A DNA stretch of 64,000 nt from the IMG/VR virus record IMGVR_UViG_3300043773_000921, positions 24,549 to 88,548 of that record. The stretch is one strand, 5' to 3'. A program made the position numbers and the translations under genes. The notes under the pieces are model-generated. The model ran no database searches and was not told the origin of the DNA. It saw only the letters and a program-made list of their open reading frames with translations. This DNA is from a virus. Below are positions 1 to 8,501 of the stretch, piece after piece; positions within the stretch are counted from its first letter, which is position 1; every line of letters begins with the position of its first letter.

Positions 1-23
1 TGTCATTTTGTTATTTTTTTATG

Positions 24-608
24 TTATGAAAGTGTTGTTCCTGTTACTGTAAAAGTGCGACAAACTAAATATGCATTATTTGTAGATTTTGCTGCACTTA
101 ATACAAGACTACTATTACCTGTCCATACGTAGATATTATTTGTTGTAATTGCCATATCAGTATTTGATGTATGATATTGGTTAGATGCTAAATTAAAAGG
201 CGAATAATTTAACCTTGCTGTTAATTGCCAATTAAAAATAGATAAATACTCCATAACATTTGGAAGCCTCCAACCCGTAGTAAATGGTGGAATACTAACT
301 AATAATGCTCCACTAACTGCACCTGCCCAAGGGGAAGTTGATGCTGTTCTTCTCCATCCTAAAACTGTGCTTCCATTATAGGTTGACCAATCAATTACAA
401 TATTTTTTGTATAAGTTTGTCCGCCTAATTCGTCCGTAAATCTGTTTGTATTGCCAAACACATTATTTTCTGCAAGTACTGTAAAACTTACATTTCTACC
501 TGCTTCAATATCTCCATCGTCACCTGTTGCATAAGACGTTGTTTGCCCTGTTTTCATTAGCTGTGCAGTGCTTCTACTTGGAGGAACTGCTTTTATATAT
601 GTGTCCAT
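24..608 (-). CDS. DUF1566/Lcl-C (C-type-lectin-like) domain protein, probable receptor-binding or tail accessory protein
   Basis: GQTTSYATGDDGD N-terminal motif, GWRLPNVMEYLSI (WRLPxxxEL-like), C-terminal YLVCR. Confidence 0.75.
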   Translation of the reverse strand: MDTYIKAVPPSRSTAQLMKTGQTTSYATGDDGDIEAGRNVSFTVLAENNVFGNTNRFTDELGGQTYTKNIVIDWSTYNGSTVLGWRRTASTSPWAGAVSGALLVSIPPFTTGWRLPNVMEYLSIFNWQLTARLNYSPFNLASNQYHTSNTDMAITTNNIYVWTGNSSLVLSAAKSTNNAYLVCRTFTVTGTTLS

Positions 609-610
609 AG

Positions 611-1963
611 TTATGCTTTTGTTATGTTAAGATTTGTAACCCCTGCAACCGATGCTGTTACCGTTATTTTACTACCTACTAAAATGGTATTAGTCAAGGT
701 ATAAGCAGCGCCATCGTCTTGAATAGTAATACTTGGAGCATTTTTGATATTTGTAGTTGTATTTATTTTTAGGTCATATGGAGCATAAAAATCCACCGTT
801 AATGCATCCATAAGCTCAATTGTATAAACTATGCCATTGTTAACCCAAAGTGTTCCGTTATACTCTAATGTATCTCCTTTTTGTGGAGATGTAATATTTA
901 CGTCGTGAAGTTCATCGAGTTCCCACCCGTTCATCACCTTGACATATATTTTTCCATGAACAGCATGTGCATATTCAACATATCCAACGACAACAATGTG
1001 ACCGGAACCGGTTGGTTTGACTTTTGTAATAGCACCAGCTGTGGTTGGACTTAAATAAAGAACATCACCATCTGCCCAAGTTTCTCCTTGAAGTGAGCCT
1101 GTAGTGTTTATTTCTTCTATTTGACCAACGCAAATGATAAATCCTTCTTGATTAGTAGCAATTGTTTCTGTAACTAATCCGATTGTGTCAGCAGAATTTG
1201 CATCATTATTTGCCTGTGCTAACTCAACTGCTAATTTTTGACCTTGTGCTCCTGAAACTCGAACTGCTTTATATCCTGCTTTAGTCAATGTTTGGTTTGG
1301 TGTAACTTTGTTTACTACGCGAGCAACTAAATCAACGCCATTTTTAAGTACAACAGAACCGCCTTTAAGCATAGTTTCTGAACTACCAAGTGTATTGTTC
1401 CATTGAGTAGAACCAACAGAAAGAGTACCGCTTGGAGATACGTTTAATGCAAGTTGATCTGCAATTAAATTATATGTTCCTAAATCTACGTTTGCTATAG
1501 CACCTGTATATGGAACAAAACTTGCTAATACCCAAACAGCAGCACCAGTAGTATTATCTGTACATACATAGGTAGTTCCGTCATCTAAAGACCATCTACT
1601 TCCAGTCAGGTAACCTAATGTTACATCATCAGTTACAGAAGGAGTTATAGTAAAGTTATACAAAGACCATCTAATGTAGATGCCATTACCATCCATAACA
1701 TATAGTCGCCCGGCTTCCCACTTTAACTCATAACCAACAGCACAAATCTGAGCAATACCTTTTTGACCACCAAGCATTGCATCGATTGTACCCTCTCTTA
1801 ATCGTGAATAATTGCTAAACAAAAGACCTTGTGTTGCATCAAAATTTATATCATTGGAACCTGATGTGTTACCATTTCCTAATACAGTTGATAGATCAGC
1901 AGAACCACTTCCTGCTTCGTAATAATCAAGCTTTCCAGTTACGGGGTTAAATTTATACGGCAT
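611..1963 (-). CDS. Tail fibre / virion structural protein
   Basis: 450 aa, Gly/Thr/Asn-rich beta-type sequence; MPYKFNPVTGKLDY start; GLVTETIAT...GDVLYLSPTTAG and ELDELHDV segments typical of phage fibre or decoration proteins. Confidence 0.6.
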   Translation of the reverse strand: MPYKFNPVTGKLDYYEAGSGSADLSTVLGNGNTSGSNDINFDATQGLLFSNYSRLREGTIDAMLGGQKGIAQICAVGYELKWEAGRLYVMDGNGIYIRWSLYNFTITPSVTDDVTLGYLTGSRWSLDDGTTYVCTDNTTGAAVWVLASFVPYTGAIANVDLGTYNLIADQLALNVSPSGTLSVGSTQWNNTLGSSETMLKGGSVVLKNGVDLVARVVNKVTPNQTLTKAGYKAVRVSGAQGQKLAVELAQANNDANSADTIGLVTETIATNQEGFIICVGQIEEINTTGSLQGETWADGDVLYLSPTTAGAITKVKPTGSGHIVVVGYVEYAHAVHGKIYVKVMNGWELDELHDVNITSPQKGDTLEYNGTLWVNNGIVYTIELMDALTVDFYAPYDLKINTTTNIKNAPSITIQDDGAAYTLTNTILVGSKITVTASVAGVTNLNITKA

Positions 1964-1964
1964 A

Positions 1965-2453
1965 TTAAGTTGTGATTACGCTAATAACATTATCAGCAGC
2001 ATTATACGATAAGGTTTTTGTCGCTACTAAAGTCGCACCAGTTGAATAAACAATAGTAAAAATGTTGTTAGTATTTCCACTAGGATTTCCAGCATCAACA
2101 CCAGGGTAATAAGTAATATCAATATTGTTACCCGGTATCATGTCAAAGTTAGCCAACACTGAAAGTTCATCTAGCATTGACGTAGTTGACAAGATAGGAT
2201 ATAGTAGTTCATACACATCAGCTCTTGTTGCGCCGTATGCCGTAGAAGTAATGTCTAATATATCATCAGCATATTCTACAGCAGCAATGTCTGTGCTATC
2301 TACTTCGCGCTCAAATAAAAAGCCTGATACTCCGTAGTTGCGTACCTTGACAGATCCTTTTGGAAATGCAGCAAATGGTGCCGGGTCTGCAGGAATTTTA
2401 AATACTATAGCGCCGTCCTGCTCGTACACCTGTATTGTTGAAAATAAACTCAT
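1965..2453 (-). CDS. Hypothetical virion protein
   Basis: 162 aa ORF tightly packed between fibre-like genes. Confidence 0.55.
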   Translation of the reverse strand: MSLFSTIQVYEQDGAIVFKIPADPAPFAAFPKGSVKVRNYGVSGFLFEREVDSTDIAAVEYADDILDITSTAYGATRADVYELLYPILSTTSMLDELSVLANFDMIPGNNIDITYYPGVDAGNPSGNTNNIFTIVYSTGATLVATKTLSYNAADNVISVITT

Positions 2454-2457
2454 ATGA

Positions 2458-3147
2458 TTATAGATTTATAACGCCCCACTGATTTGTTTTAATGTATTGA
2501 AATATCATTCCATCGCCATTTACCATACTAACAGAAGCTAAACTACCAACTATACTTTGTCCTACATTGGCATTGACTGTTGCCGTTAAATCTGTGCAGT
2601 ATATCTTATACATTTGTCCTAACACAGGAGTTGCAGGCAAAGTAAGAATAATTGCATCAGAATTTATTACTATGATATATTCAGTTAACTGCAACGTGCC
2701 AGAAGTATCATAGTAAACTAGATTATCTTCGCAGTAACATAATGGACCACGTACAGGAATAATTGGTGCTAAATCAACAGAAGTTATTACTTGCACTCCA
2801 TCGTGTTCGCCAGTTAGTTCAAGTGTTGTTCCATTTAATATTAACTCTAAATCATGATTATGAGTAATATCTATAGTGTTACTAAAAGGAATGCCGGCAT
2901 AAGTACCGGCAAGTGTAATAATATTTGTAGTAGGATTAAAAGTAAGGCCAATGGTTAATGGTTCTTGTAGATCTGTAAGGTTAACAGTTCTAGCTACAGT
3001 TGCATTATCGTAAATGTATGTTAATGTAAGTATGTTTGTTACGGGGTCATACGCTAGTTGTATATCTAGCGGACAACATGTTTCACAACCCGGAGGACAA
3101 GGGTTTGGAAACATTACTGAATCATTAAACTTATCAAACAATCCCAT
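2458..3147 (-). CDS. Short fibre-like structural protein
   Basis: Cys-rich N-terminus (CPPGCETCCP); three beta-repeats (LAYDPVTNILTL / LTFNPTTNIITL / LILNGTTLELT); C-terminal LTLPATPVLG...W module. Confidence 0.55.
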   Translation of the reverse strand: MGLFDKFNDSVMFPNPCPPGCETCCPLDIQLAYDPVTNILTLTYIYDNATVARTVNLTDLQEPLTIGLTFNPTTNIITLAGTYAGIPFSNTIDITHNHDLELILNGTTLELTGEHDGVQVITSVDLAPIIPVRGPLCYCEDNLVYYDTSGTLQLTEYIIVINSDAIILTLPATPVLGQMYKIYCTDLTATVNANVGQSIVGSLASVSMVNGDGMIFQYIKTNQWGVINL

Positions 3148-3148
3148 A

Positions 3149-3730
3149 TTAACTTATTTTCATTCTTGCGTGATACGGTTTTTTATTCTCAGGAATCTCA
3201 AATAAATACAATGACAATCCTTCCTGTTCCTCGTTACCAGTTTCCATTTCAGACTTTAGTTTAAACTCTTCGCATAACCTAGTAGATACCTCTAATGCTT
3301 TAGCTATCTGAATCTCATCATCGGGAGTATTGTCAAGACTCATTAACATCTTTCTCCAGTGCTCTGCTTTAGCCTTAAACATATCGACATTCAGATCGTT
3401 TTCAGACAACTGTATTCTTTTGTAGAAATCAATCAGGTTAATAACCTGTTCCGTTTTCTCTATGTTTTTCCAGTTGGACCAGTCTTTAAACAGTCCGTAG
3501 TTTGCAGTGACCTGCTCTCTTCTTTCTACCGGTGGCAGTTGCCAGTAAGGGTTATCTTTCTTGGTATAGACAAAGTAAATGTAAGTAATCACCTGTGCAA
3601 ACTTTACCTCTTTTGGAAACTCACCTTTTACAGCTATATATTCCGGTACCGTTTGCCCTGCAGGAGTAACACATACTTCTCCCATATTAAGATAAAACAT
3701 AGAATCGCTTTTATAGTGCGAACATAACAA
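3149..3730 (-). CDS. Hypothetical protein resembling a conserved crAss-like protein usually near the terminase (possible TerS)
   Basis: YIYFVY..DNPY....ER motif followed by helical region; family resemblance is from memory only. Confidence 0.35.
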   Translation of the reverse strand: MLCSHYKSDSMFYLNMGEVCVTPAGQTVPEYIAVKGEFPKEVKFAQVITYIYFVYTKKDNPYWQLPPVERREQVTANYGLFKDWSNWKNIEKTEQVINLIDFYKRIQLSENDLNVDMFKAKAEHWRKMLMSLDNTPDDEIQIAKALEVSTRLCEEFKLKSEMETGNEEQEGLSLYLFEIPENKKPYHARMKIS

Positions 3731-3746
3731 TATTATTTAATACCGC

Positions 3747-3776
3747 AAAAAAAATGCCCGAGTTTTTACTCAGGCA
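3747..3776 (-). terminator. Rho-independent terminator
   Basis: Minus strand TGCCTGAGT-AAAA-ACTCGGGCA followed by T8, just downstream of the rusA stop. Confidence 0.75.
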
Positions 3777-3800
3777 AATCGAAACACTTTTAAACCAAAA

Positions 3801-4211
3801 CTATATGACAACTTTAATATGTCCATGTAAACCCCAAACTTTTGTCATTTTACCAATGGTATGAACATGACTGTCTTCTTTCATCAAGGCATCCATAAAA
3901 GCTTTGAGCATATTGTCAATATCCGGCTTCATCTTATGCGGCATATTAATCCTTTCTAAACGCTCTTTCATTTTTGGCTTACTTAATGTAGAACTAATTG
4001 GTATTGTTACCACAAATGTGATGCTTTTTATCTCATCAAACTTAAACTCGTCTGGCTTTATTCCAAGTTTAATAAGTTCTGAGTTCCACAAGATCCTAAT
4101 ATCGTCTTTCCAGCCCATATATTTCTTGTATCGCTTGTCGGCATACATCTGTTTCTGTGTAGTCCTTACGGCACCCATCGGTTCAATGTCCAAATACAAA
4201 TCTAGTTCCAT
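3801..4211 (-). CDS. rusA: RusA-family Holliday junction resolvase
   Basis: KPDIDNMLKAFMDAL...EDSHV catalytic motif. Confidence 0.85.
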   Translation of the reverse strand: MELDLYLDIEPMGAVRTTQKQMYADKRYKKYMGWKDDIRILWNSELIKLGIKPDEFKFDEIKSITFVVTIPISSTLSKPKMKERLERINMPHKMKPDIDNMLKAFMDALMKEDSHVHTIGKMTKVWGLHGHIKVVI

Positions 4212-4214
4212 GTT

Positions 4215-4676
4215 TCACTTTAGTAAAATAGCTGTAGTAATAATCCCTGCTGCAAATCCTCCGATAATACCCCAGGTTGTCCCTATAAAGATACCTCTTT
4301 TTCGCTCATTTTTAGCATATTTAAGGCCCTGCTGCCAAAGATTATTTAACTCAGTTATTTTATCAGAACTCATATTGTACGCACGTTGGTAAGTACCTAC
4401 TCGTTCCTCTAAAGTTCGCTCTATACTCTTATGTTCTGCTATCTGGAAATCAAAAGATCTGATAGTATTTTCATTTTTATCAATGATACTCTTGTAGTCA
4501 CCAATAGTTTTTTCCTTAGACTTGATAATTCCAATCACATCATTCCACTTCTTAGTAGATATAAGCACCGTATCTTTTCTTGTCATATAGGATATGCTAA
4601 TATCGCCATAAACATGAACTGTATCAAACTGACTAAATGCCAGTATCGGAAGCAGTAAAAACAATATTACTTTCAT
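4215..4676 (-). CDS. Exported/membrane coiled-coil protein (possible spanin-like lysis accessory)
   Basis: Signal peptide MKVILFLLLPILAFS|Q, central coiled coil, C-terminal hydrophobic helix. Confidence 0.5.
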   Translation of the reverse strand: MKVILFLLLPILAFSQFDTVHVYGDISISYMTRKDTVLISTKKWNDVIGIIKSKEKTIGDYKSIIDKNENTIRSFDFQIAEHKSIERTLEERVGTYQRAYNMSSDKITELNNLWQQGLKYAKNERKRGIFIGTTWGIIGGFAAGIITTAILLK

Positions 4677-5509
4677 ATCCGGACATCCTGTATTTTGTTT
4701 TCAAACTCTTTGATGTTCCAGGCTCTTGCCAATCTAGTCATTCCGATGCCACCACCAAAACGATCAAAGAACTTATGCTGCAAAAACTTATCTAGTTCAG
4801 CAACAACTCTTTTCTCGGTAAACAACTCAAACAATTTCTCGGCATACTTGCCACCTTCAATCGTATAAAAGTTCTCACGCATCTTCTCTGGATCACTGCT
4901 TCTCTGTGCCGAGCCAATAGTTTCCTGCCCATACATGATGACATCACACTTAGCATAAATATCAGCATACTTGCAGTACATGTTCCAGAAAGGATTAGTA
5001 CGTAATGGGAAGTTTTTCAAGAATACTACATCACCCTGCTCATCTCTCAACCTTGACTCATGCTCATTCTCGATAATCTCAGTACCATAGGCAACACAAA
5101 TATCGTTATAGTCAACATCAACACCAGTGCTAAACCCTAAATGCTGCAACAAATCCTTTTCAAGCTCTAGCATCACATTCATATCCCCCTTACTCTCAAA
5201 CTCAAACATAGGAAATATCAACTCATGCCGGCCAGGTATCGGATTCTTCTCCTGCCTGTAACTAGTACTAATACAATACACCCCATCCCAGTCAGGATTA
5301 TTAAGCAACTCATGCTCAAGCCACATCTGTCCAGTCTGTGGTAAAGGCCAGACATCTCTATTATAATCAAACACAGCAATACTATGCGGATTCTCACATG
5401 CCGCAAGTATCGATAACCTTGATTGAGTAGGAACTTCCTTGAACCCTCTGCCCCTAAAAAAAGCCCGCATCTTAGTTACGAGCAAATCATAAACCTTAGT
5501 TTCGTACAT
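4673..5509 (-). CDS. Class II aaRS (Asp/Asn/Lys) catalytic-domain-only paralog (AsnRS-like / asparagine-synthetase-like)
   Basis: Motif 1 FFRGRGFKEVPT; LPQTGQMWLE; motif 2 YRQEKNPIPGRHELIFPMFEFE; motif 3 GGGIGMTRL; 278 aa with no anticodon-binding OB domain. Confidence 0.85.
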   Translation of the reverse strand: MYETKVYDLLVTKMRAFFRGRGFKEVPTQSRLSILAACENPHSIAVFDYNRDVWPLPQTGQMWLEHELLNNPDWDGVYCISTSYRQEKNPIPGRHELIFPMFEFESKGDMNVMLELEKDLLQHLGFSTGVDVDYNDICVAYGTEIIENEHESRLRDEQGDVVFLKNFPLRTNPFWNMYCKYADIYAKCDVIMYGQETIGSAQRSSDPEKMRENFYTIEGGKYAEKLFELFTEKRVVAELDKFLQHKFFDRFGGGIGMTRLARAWNIKEFENKIQDVRI

Positions 5510-5540
5510 AATACATTTATTTAAAAGTGAACAATAAATA

Positions 5541-5873
5541 CTACCATCTTAACAAGTCATCTTTCAAATCCTCTATCTCCTTAATGTCATCTAAAATAAC
5601 ATCATGTAAACTATCAATCTGCTTCTGGTTCATCTTACGAATCTCTGTCAGTTCCTCTATCTTCCGATAACTACTCTCAATACTCTTAACCAACATGCTA
5701 TCCCTCATCCTAACCTCAGTATTTAACACAAGCAAATCAGTGTTAATCTTGTCGATTTTATCCTGTAACTGATCATTCCTTACAATGCTATATCTAGTAA
5801 AGGCTATCTGCAACATCATAAAAAATAAACTAACAGCAGTAATGCCGCCATAAACAAGCATAGACCTATTCAT
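5541..5873 (-). CDS. Membrane-anchored coiled-coil protein (i-spanin-like topology)
   Basis: N-terminal TM helix followed by heptad-rich helix; ATG at 5873 preferred as start. Confidence 0.5.
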   Translation of the reverse strand: MNRSMLVYGGITAVSLFFMMLQIAFTRYSIVRNDQLQDKIDKINTDLLVLNTEVRMRDSMLVKSIESSYRKIEELTEIRKMNQKQIDSLHDVILDDIKEIEDLKDDLLRW

Positions 5874-6168
5874 TACAAGCCCCTCCCCTCTGACTACCAA
5901 CAATCACTTCCTCATAAGACACCCCCGGCTCATTATAAACATAATGATTACTGACATTCTCAACAACAGACTTACAATAAAGCAAGTAATCTACAACCAA
6001 TGCAGCAAACTTCTCATAGCGACCATCAGCACTACTACTCAACTCCCTCCAGCCATCATAACTCCTGCCCATACAATGAGCATCCTCCCAACCAATCCAC
6101 CACATACGCTCCTCATGGTCATCAACATTAACACCCCGCCATTCTAAATATTCCAATATAGACATCAT
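5866..6168 (-). CDS. Hypothetical protein
   Basis: 100 aa ORF packed between neighbours on the same strand. Confidence 0.55.
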   Translation of the reverse strand: MMSILEYLEWRGVNVDDHEERMWWIGWEDAHCMGRSYDGWRELSSSADGRYEKFAALVVDYLLYCKSVVENVSNHYVYNEPGVSYEEVIVGSQRGGACNE

Positions 6169-6172
6169 AATC

Positions 6173-6679
6173 CTACTTCTTTAACTTGTTAACAATCAAT
6201 TCTACCAACTCTGCCTTACTTAACCTACCATCGCCATCATCACCCAACAACTCCAGCAACTCAGCCTTCTTCATCTTACTATAATCAGGCTCTTTCAACA
6301 CACCAATACTCTCACTCGGAGCAGCACCAGCCTCATCCGCCTCAACAACCTCATCCCCAATAACCGGTGCAACATACTTATACCCCCCTATCTTCGGTAC
6401 AACAAACAACTTAATATCAATACTATCATCATACCTCAAACTCATAGACTGACTAGTATGACTAACAACAAAATCATACACACTCTCACTAGGAATACCA
6501 GGGCCATCAACAACCATCTTCCCATTAACCTCATAACAGTTCCACCCATCTACACCCAACAATCTTCCAACCTCCTCAACTACCCCCGGTACCCGACAAT
6601 CTTTAGTCGTAACCAAAGTACCCAACTTTACATGACCACCAGCAGCAGTCTTTACATAATAATTTATCCTTGTCTGCAT
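6173..6679 (-). CDS. Protein with C-terminal Rho-N/HeH-like nucleic-acid-binding motif
   Basis: DYSKMKKAELLELL...RLSKAELVELI at C-terminus. Confidence 0.6.
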   Translation of the reverse strand: MQTRINYYVKTAAGGHVKLGTLVTTKDCRVPGVVEEVGRLLGVDGWNCYEVNGKMVVDGPGIPSESVYDFVVSHTSQSMSLRYDDSIDIKLFVVPKIGGYKYVAPVIGDEVVEADEAGAAPSESIGVLKEPDYSKMKKAELLELLGDDGDGRLSKAELVELIVNKLKK

Positions 6680-6715
6680 AATAATATAGTTTTAATAGTG
6701 AACGAATAATGGCAC

Positions 6716-6744
6716 AATATACACAGATAGTACGTTTTATGCAA
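6716..6744 (-). promoter_or_regulatory. Putative host-type promoter for the leftward operon
   Basis: Minus strand TTGCAT-N17-TATATT(GTGC), 37 nt upstream of the 6679 ATG. Confidence 0.5.
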
Positions 6745-6839
6745 GTTTTTGGTAGGGGAAAAAGAAAAAAGACGGGAGGGCACTTAATGTATCGTACCCC
6801 CGCGTTAAATCATTATCTAACTTTTTAATTTCATGTATT

Positions 6840-7217
6840 ATGAGCAAAGTTTCATTGGGAAAAGTAAGTGAAATCATTGAAAGAGGTGAGAAAAACTCTC
6901 CACTTTTCATGAAAGAAGGAGAACATCTTGTTAAATTGTTGGGAAAAGGCACTTGGGGGCAGAAAGCTTCGCAGTGTATCTTGACTGATAAGGGTACCAT
7001 TGGTGCCTATCAGTTGATAGACCAAATGAGAAAGGATGGTATCCTGGAAGATTTCCTGGACGAAGCAGAGTTTGTGTTTGAAACTGGTGAAGAGTTATTC
7101 GTCACCATAAATGCAAAAGCTGTAGTAGAAACTCGACTTCCTGACGAAGAAGAAGAGGAGGAAGAAGACGAAGAAGAAGTCGTCGTCGTCAAGAAGAAAA
7201 CTTCTACAAAGAAGTAA
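6840..7217 (+). CDS. First rightward gene; small protein with poly-acidic then basic tail
   Basis: DEEEEEEEDEEE-VVVV-KKKTSTKK tail; followed by its own terminator. Confidence 0.7.
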   Translation: MSKVSLGKVSEIIERGEKNSPLFMKEGEHLVKLLGKGTWGQKASQCILTDKGTIGAYQLIDQMRKDGILEDFLDEAEFVFETGEELFVTINAKAVVETRLPDEEEEEEEDEEEVVVVKKKTSTKK

Positions 7218-7224
7218 GAAAGAT

Positions 7225-7253
7225 CCCTGCGCCTTCGGGCGTGGGGTTTTTTT
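7225..7253 (+). terminator. Strong Rho-independent terminator
   Basis: CCCTGCGCC-TTCG-GGCGTGGGG followed by T7; cUUCGg tetraloop. Confidence 0.9.
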
Positions 7254-7339
7254 CAGATGTGCCTACTACTGTTAGTAAGAGGCACAACTATTAGATAATG
7301 ATTTACATATAGCGTTGACTGTCAGACTGTTAGTGCTAT

Positions 7340-7355
7340 TGTTCCACGTGGAACA
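7340..7355. promoter_or_regulatory. parS: parS centromere-like site
   Basis: Perfect 16-bp palindrome TGTTCCACGTGGAACA matching the bacterial chromosomal parS consensus; intergenic. Confidence 0.85.
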
Positions 7356-7512
7356 TGATAGAGGAAAGGTGTGAGTGGCTACCATCTGCTGCGCATTACT
7401 CTACTCTACATCACATCGCACAACTCTATTAGTGTTATACATACTGATACTGTGAGTGATTGCGTGGGTTTTATTATAGGTGAGATTATTAACAATCAAA
7501 TATATTATTATT

Positions 7513-7806
7513 ATGGAGAGTACATTCAGTGTATATCAAGTCAGGACATATAACTATAATAGCAGAGAGCATAGCTTAGATCTTTCTTACAGCACATTAG
7601 ACAAAGCCAAAGAAAGATTATTTGAATACTGTGAGAGTAAAAATACTCACACGGAAACTGTTGACCTGGAAGGTAGGTGTGAAACATATCCTCATAATGA
7701 GGATGTTGATAACTGGATAAGTAGAGGAAAAGCGTCAATATATTATTTTTCTAAATATGGAAACTACAAATGTGTAGTTTACGTACAGGAAATATTTGTG
7801 TATTGA
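7513..7806 (+). CDS. Hypothetical early protein
   Basis: ATG after A/T-rich leader; short YSTLDKAKERL helix. Confidence 0.6.
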   Translation: MESTFSVYQVRTYNYNSREHSLDLSYSTLDKAKERLFEYCESKNTHTETVDLEGRCETYPHNEDVDNWISRGKASIYYFSKYGNYKCVVYVQEIFVY

Positions 7807-7813
7807 TTTCATT

Positions 7814-7850
7814 GCGGGCATGCTATTGTAGTGTGCCTGCTTATTATATT
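7814..7850 (+). terminator. Hairpin / probable terminator
   Basis: GCGGGCATGCTA-TTG-TAGTGTGCCTGC followed by T-rich run. Confidence 0.55.
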
Positions 7851-7910
7851 TATTTACTGCCTCCGATATAATGTTGTAGGCATTTCTTTAACACTTAAAA
7901 AACTTTACTA

Positions 7911-8159
7911 ATGAAAAACTTGTCAAAAAAACATTTGCTTCGCTGGCTTATGGATCAGCAGCACAAGTTCACTCAAGGCAATAACCTCGAGGAGACAGAA
8001 CTTATTGTAGGATACTTTAACGGTGTATTGAGTGCAGAGTTTATATGCCGTAATGGCTATGGCTCTGTATGGAGTACTAACAGATATTTGTCTGTTAAGT
8101 GTCCGAAATGTTTTACTCATTTGTTTGCGGACAATAGTCCAATAACATTTGATTTATAA
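7911..8159 (+). CDS. Hypothetical early protein
   Basis: 82 aa, A-rich leader, CPKC motif. Confidence 0.55.
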   Translation: MKNLSKKHLLRWLMDQQHKFTQGNNLEETELIVGYFNGVLSAEFICRNGYGSVWSTNRYLSVKCPKCFTHLFADNSPITFDL

Positions 8160-8501
8160 GATTTACAACCTGAGTTTACAGGTGCGAGGATAGTATGTAC
8201 TATCCGTTATTAACAATTATTTATAACCATTAAATGTAATCCCGTAAGATTACAACTACTATGAGCTTTTAAGCAAAAGTAAAGTGCCTTTTAGTACGTT
8301 GAGTTCCTTAAGTCCTAGGCAAGGTCTATTCGATATTGAATAGTAGGGTAAGACTCAACCAGGTATTCTCATTATCTGCCACAAAACAAGTTCCTAATCC
8401 TATAAGAGAAATGGATGGGAACATTTTAAAACAAATATTATTATAAAACAAGTATGCGTGTAGAGCTCGAGCACGTGTAAGGATGACAAGAGTATATAGT
8501 T

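Noticed and set aside
24-220. Diversity-generating retroelement variable repeat
   Set aside because: No template repeat or reverse transcriptase seen in the window; only the target-type fold is present
7143-7190. GAA/GTC microsatellite
   Set aside because: Simply encodes the poly-Glu and poly-Val tail of the 6840 gene
6737-7192. Minus-strand ORFs 6737-7000 and 7010-7192
   Set aside because: Antisense to the better-supported 6840-7217 gene, which has its own terminator
7371-7553. 60-aa ORF just after parS
   Set aside because: GTG start, atypical composition and overlap with the 7513 gene; more likely regulatory DNA
8255-8290. Hammerhead ribozyme (CTATGAG...AAAAGT)
   Set aside because: Lacks the conserved CUGAnGA and GAAA cores
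8466-8481. Second parS around CACGTG
   Set aside because: Only the 6-bp core matches; flanks are not GTTnC/GnAAC
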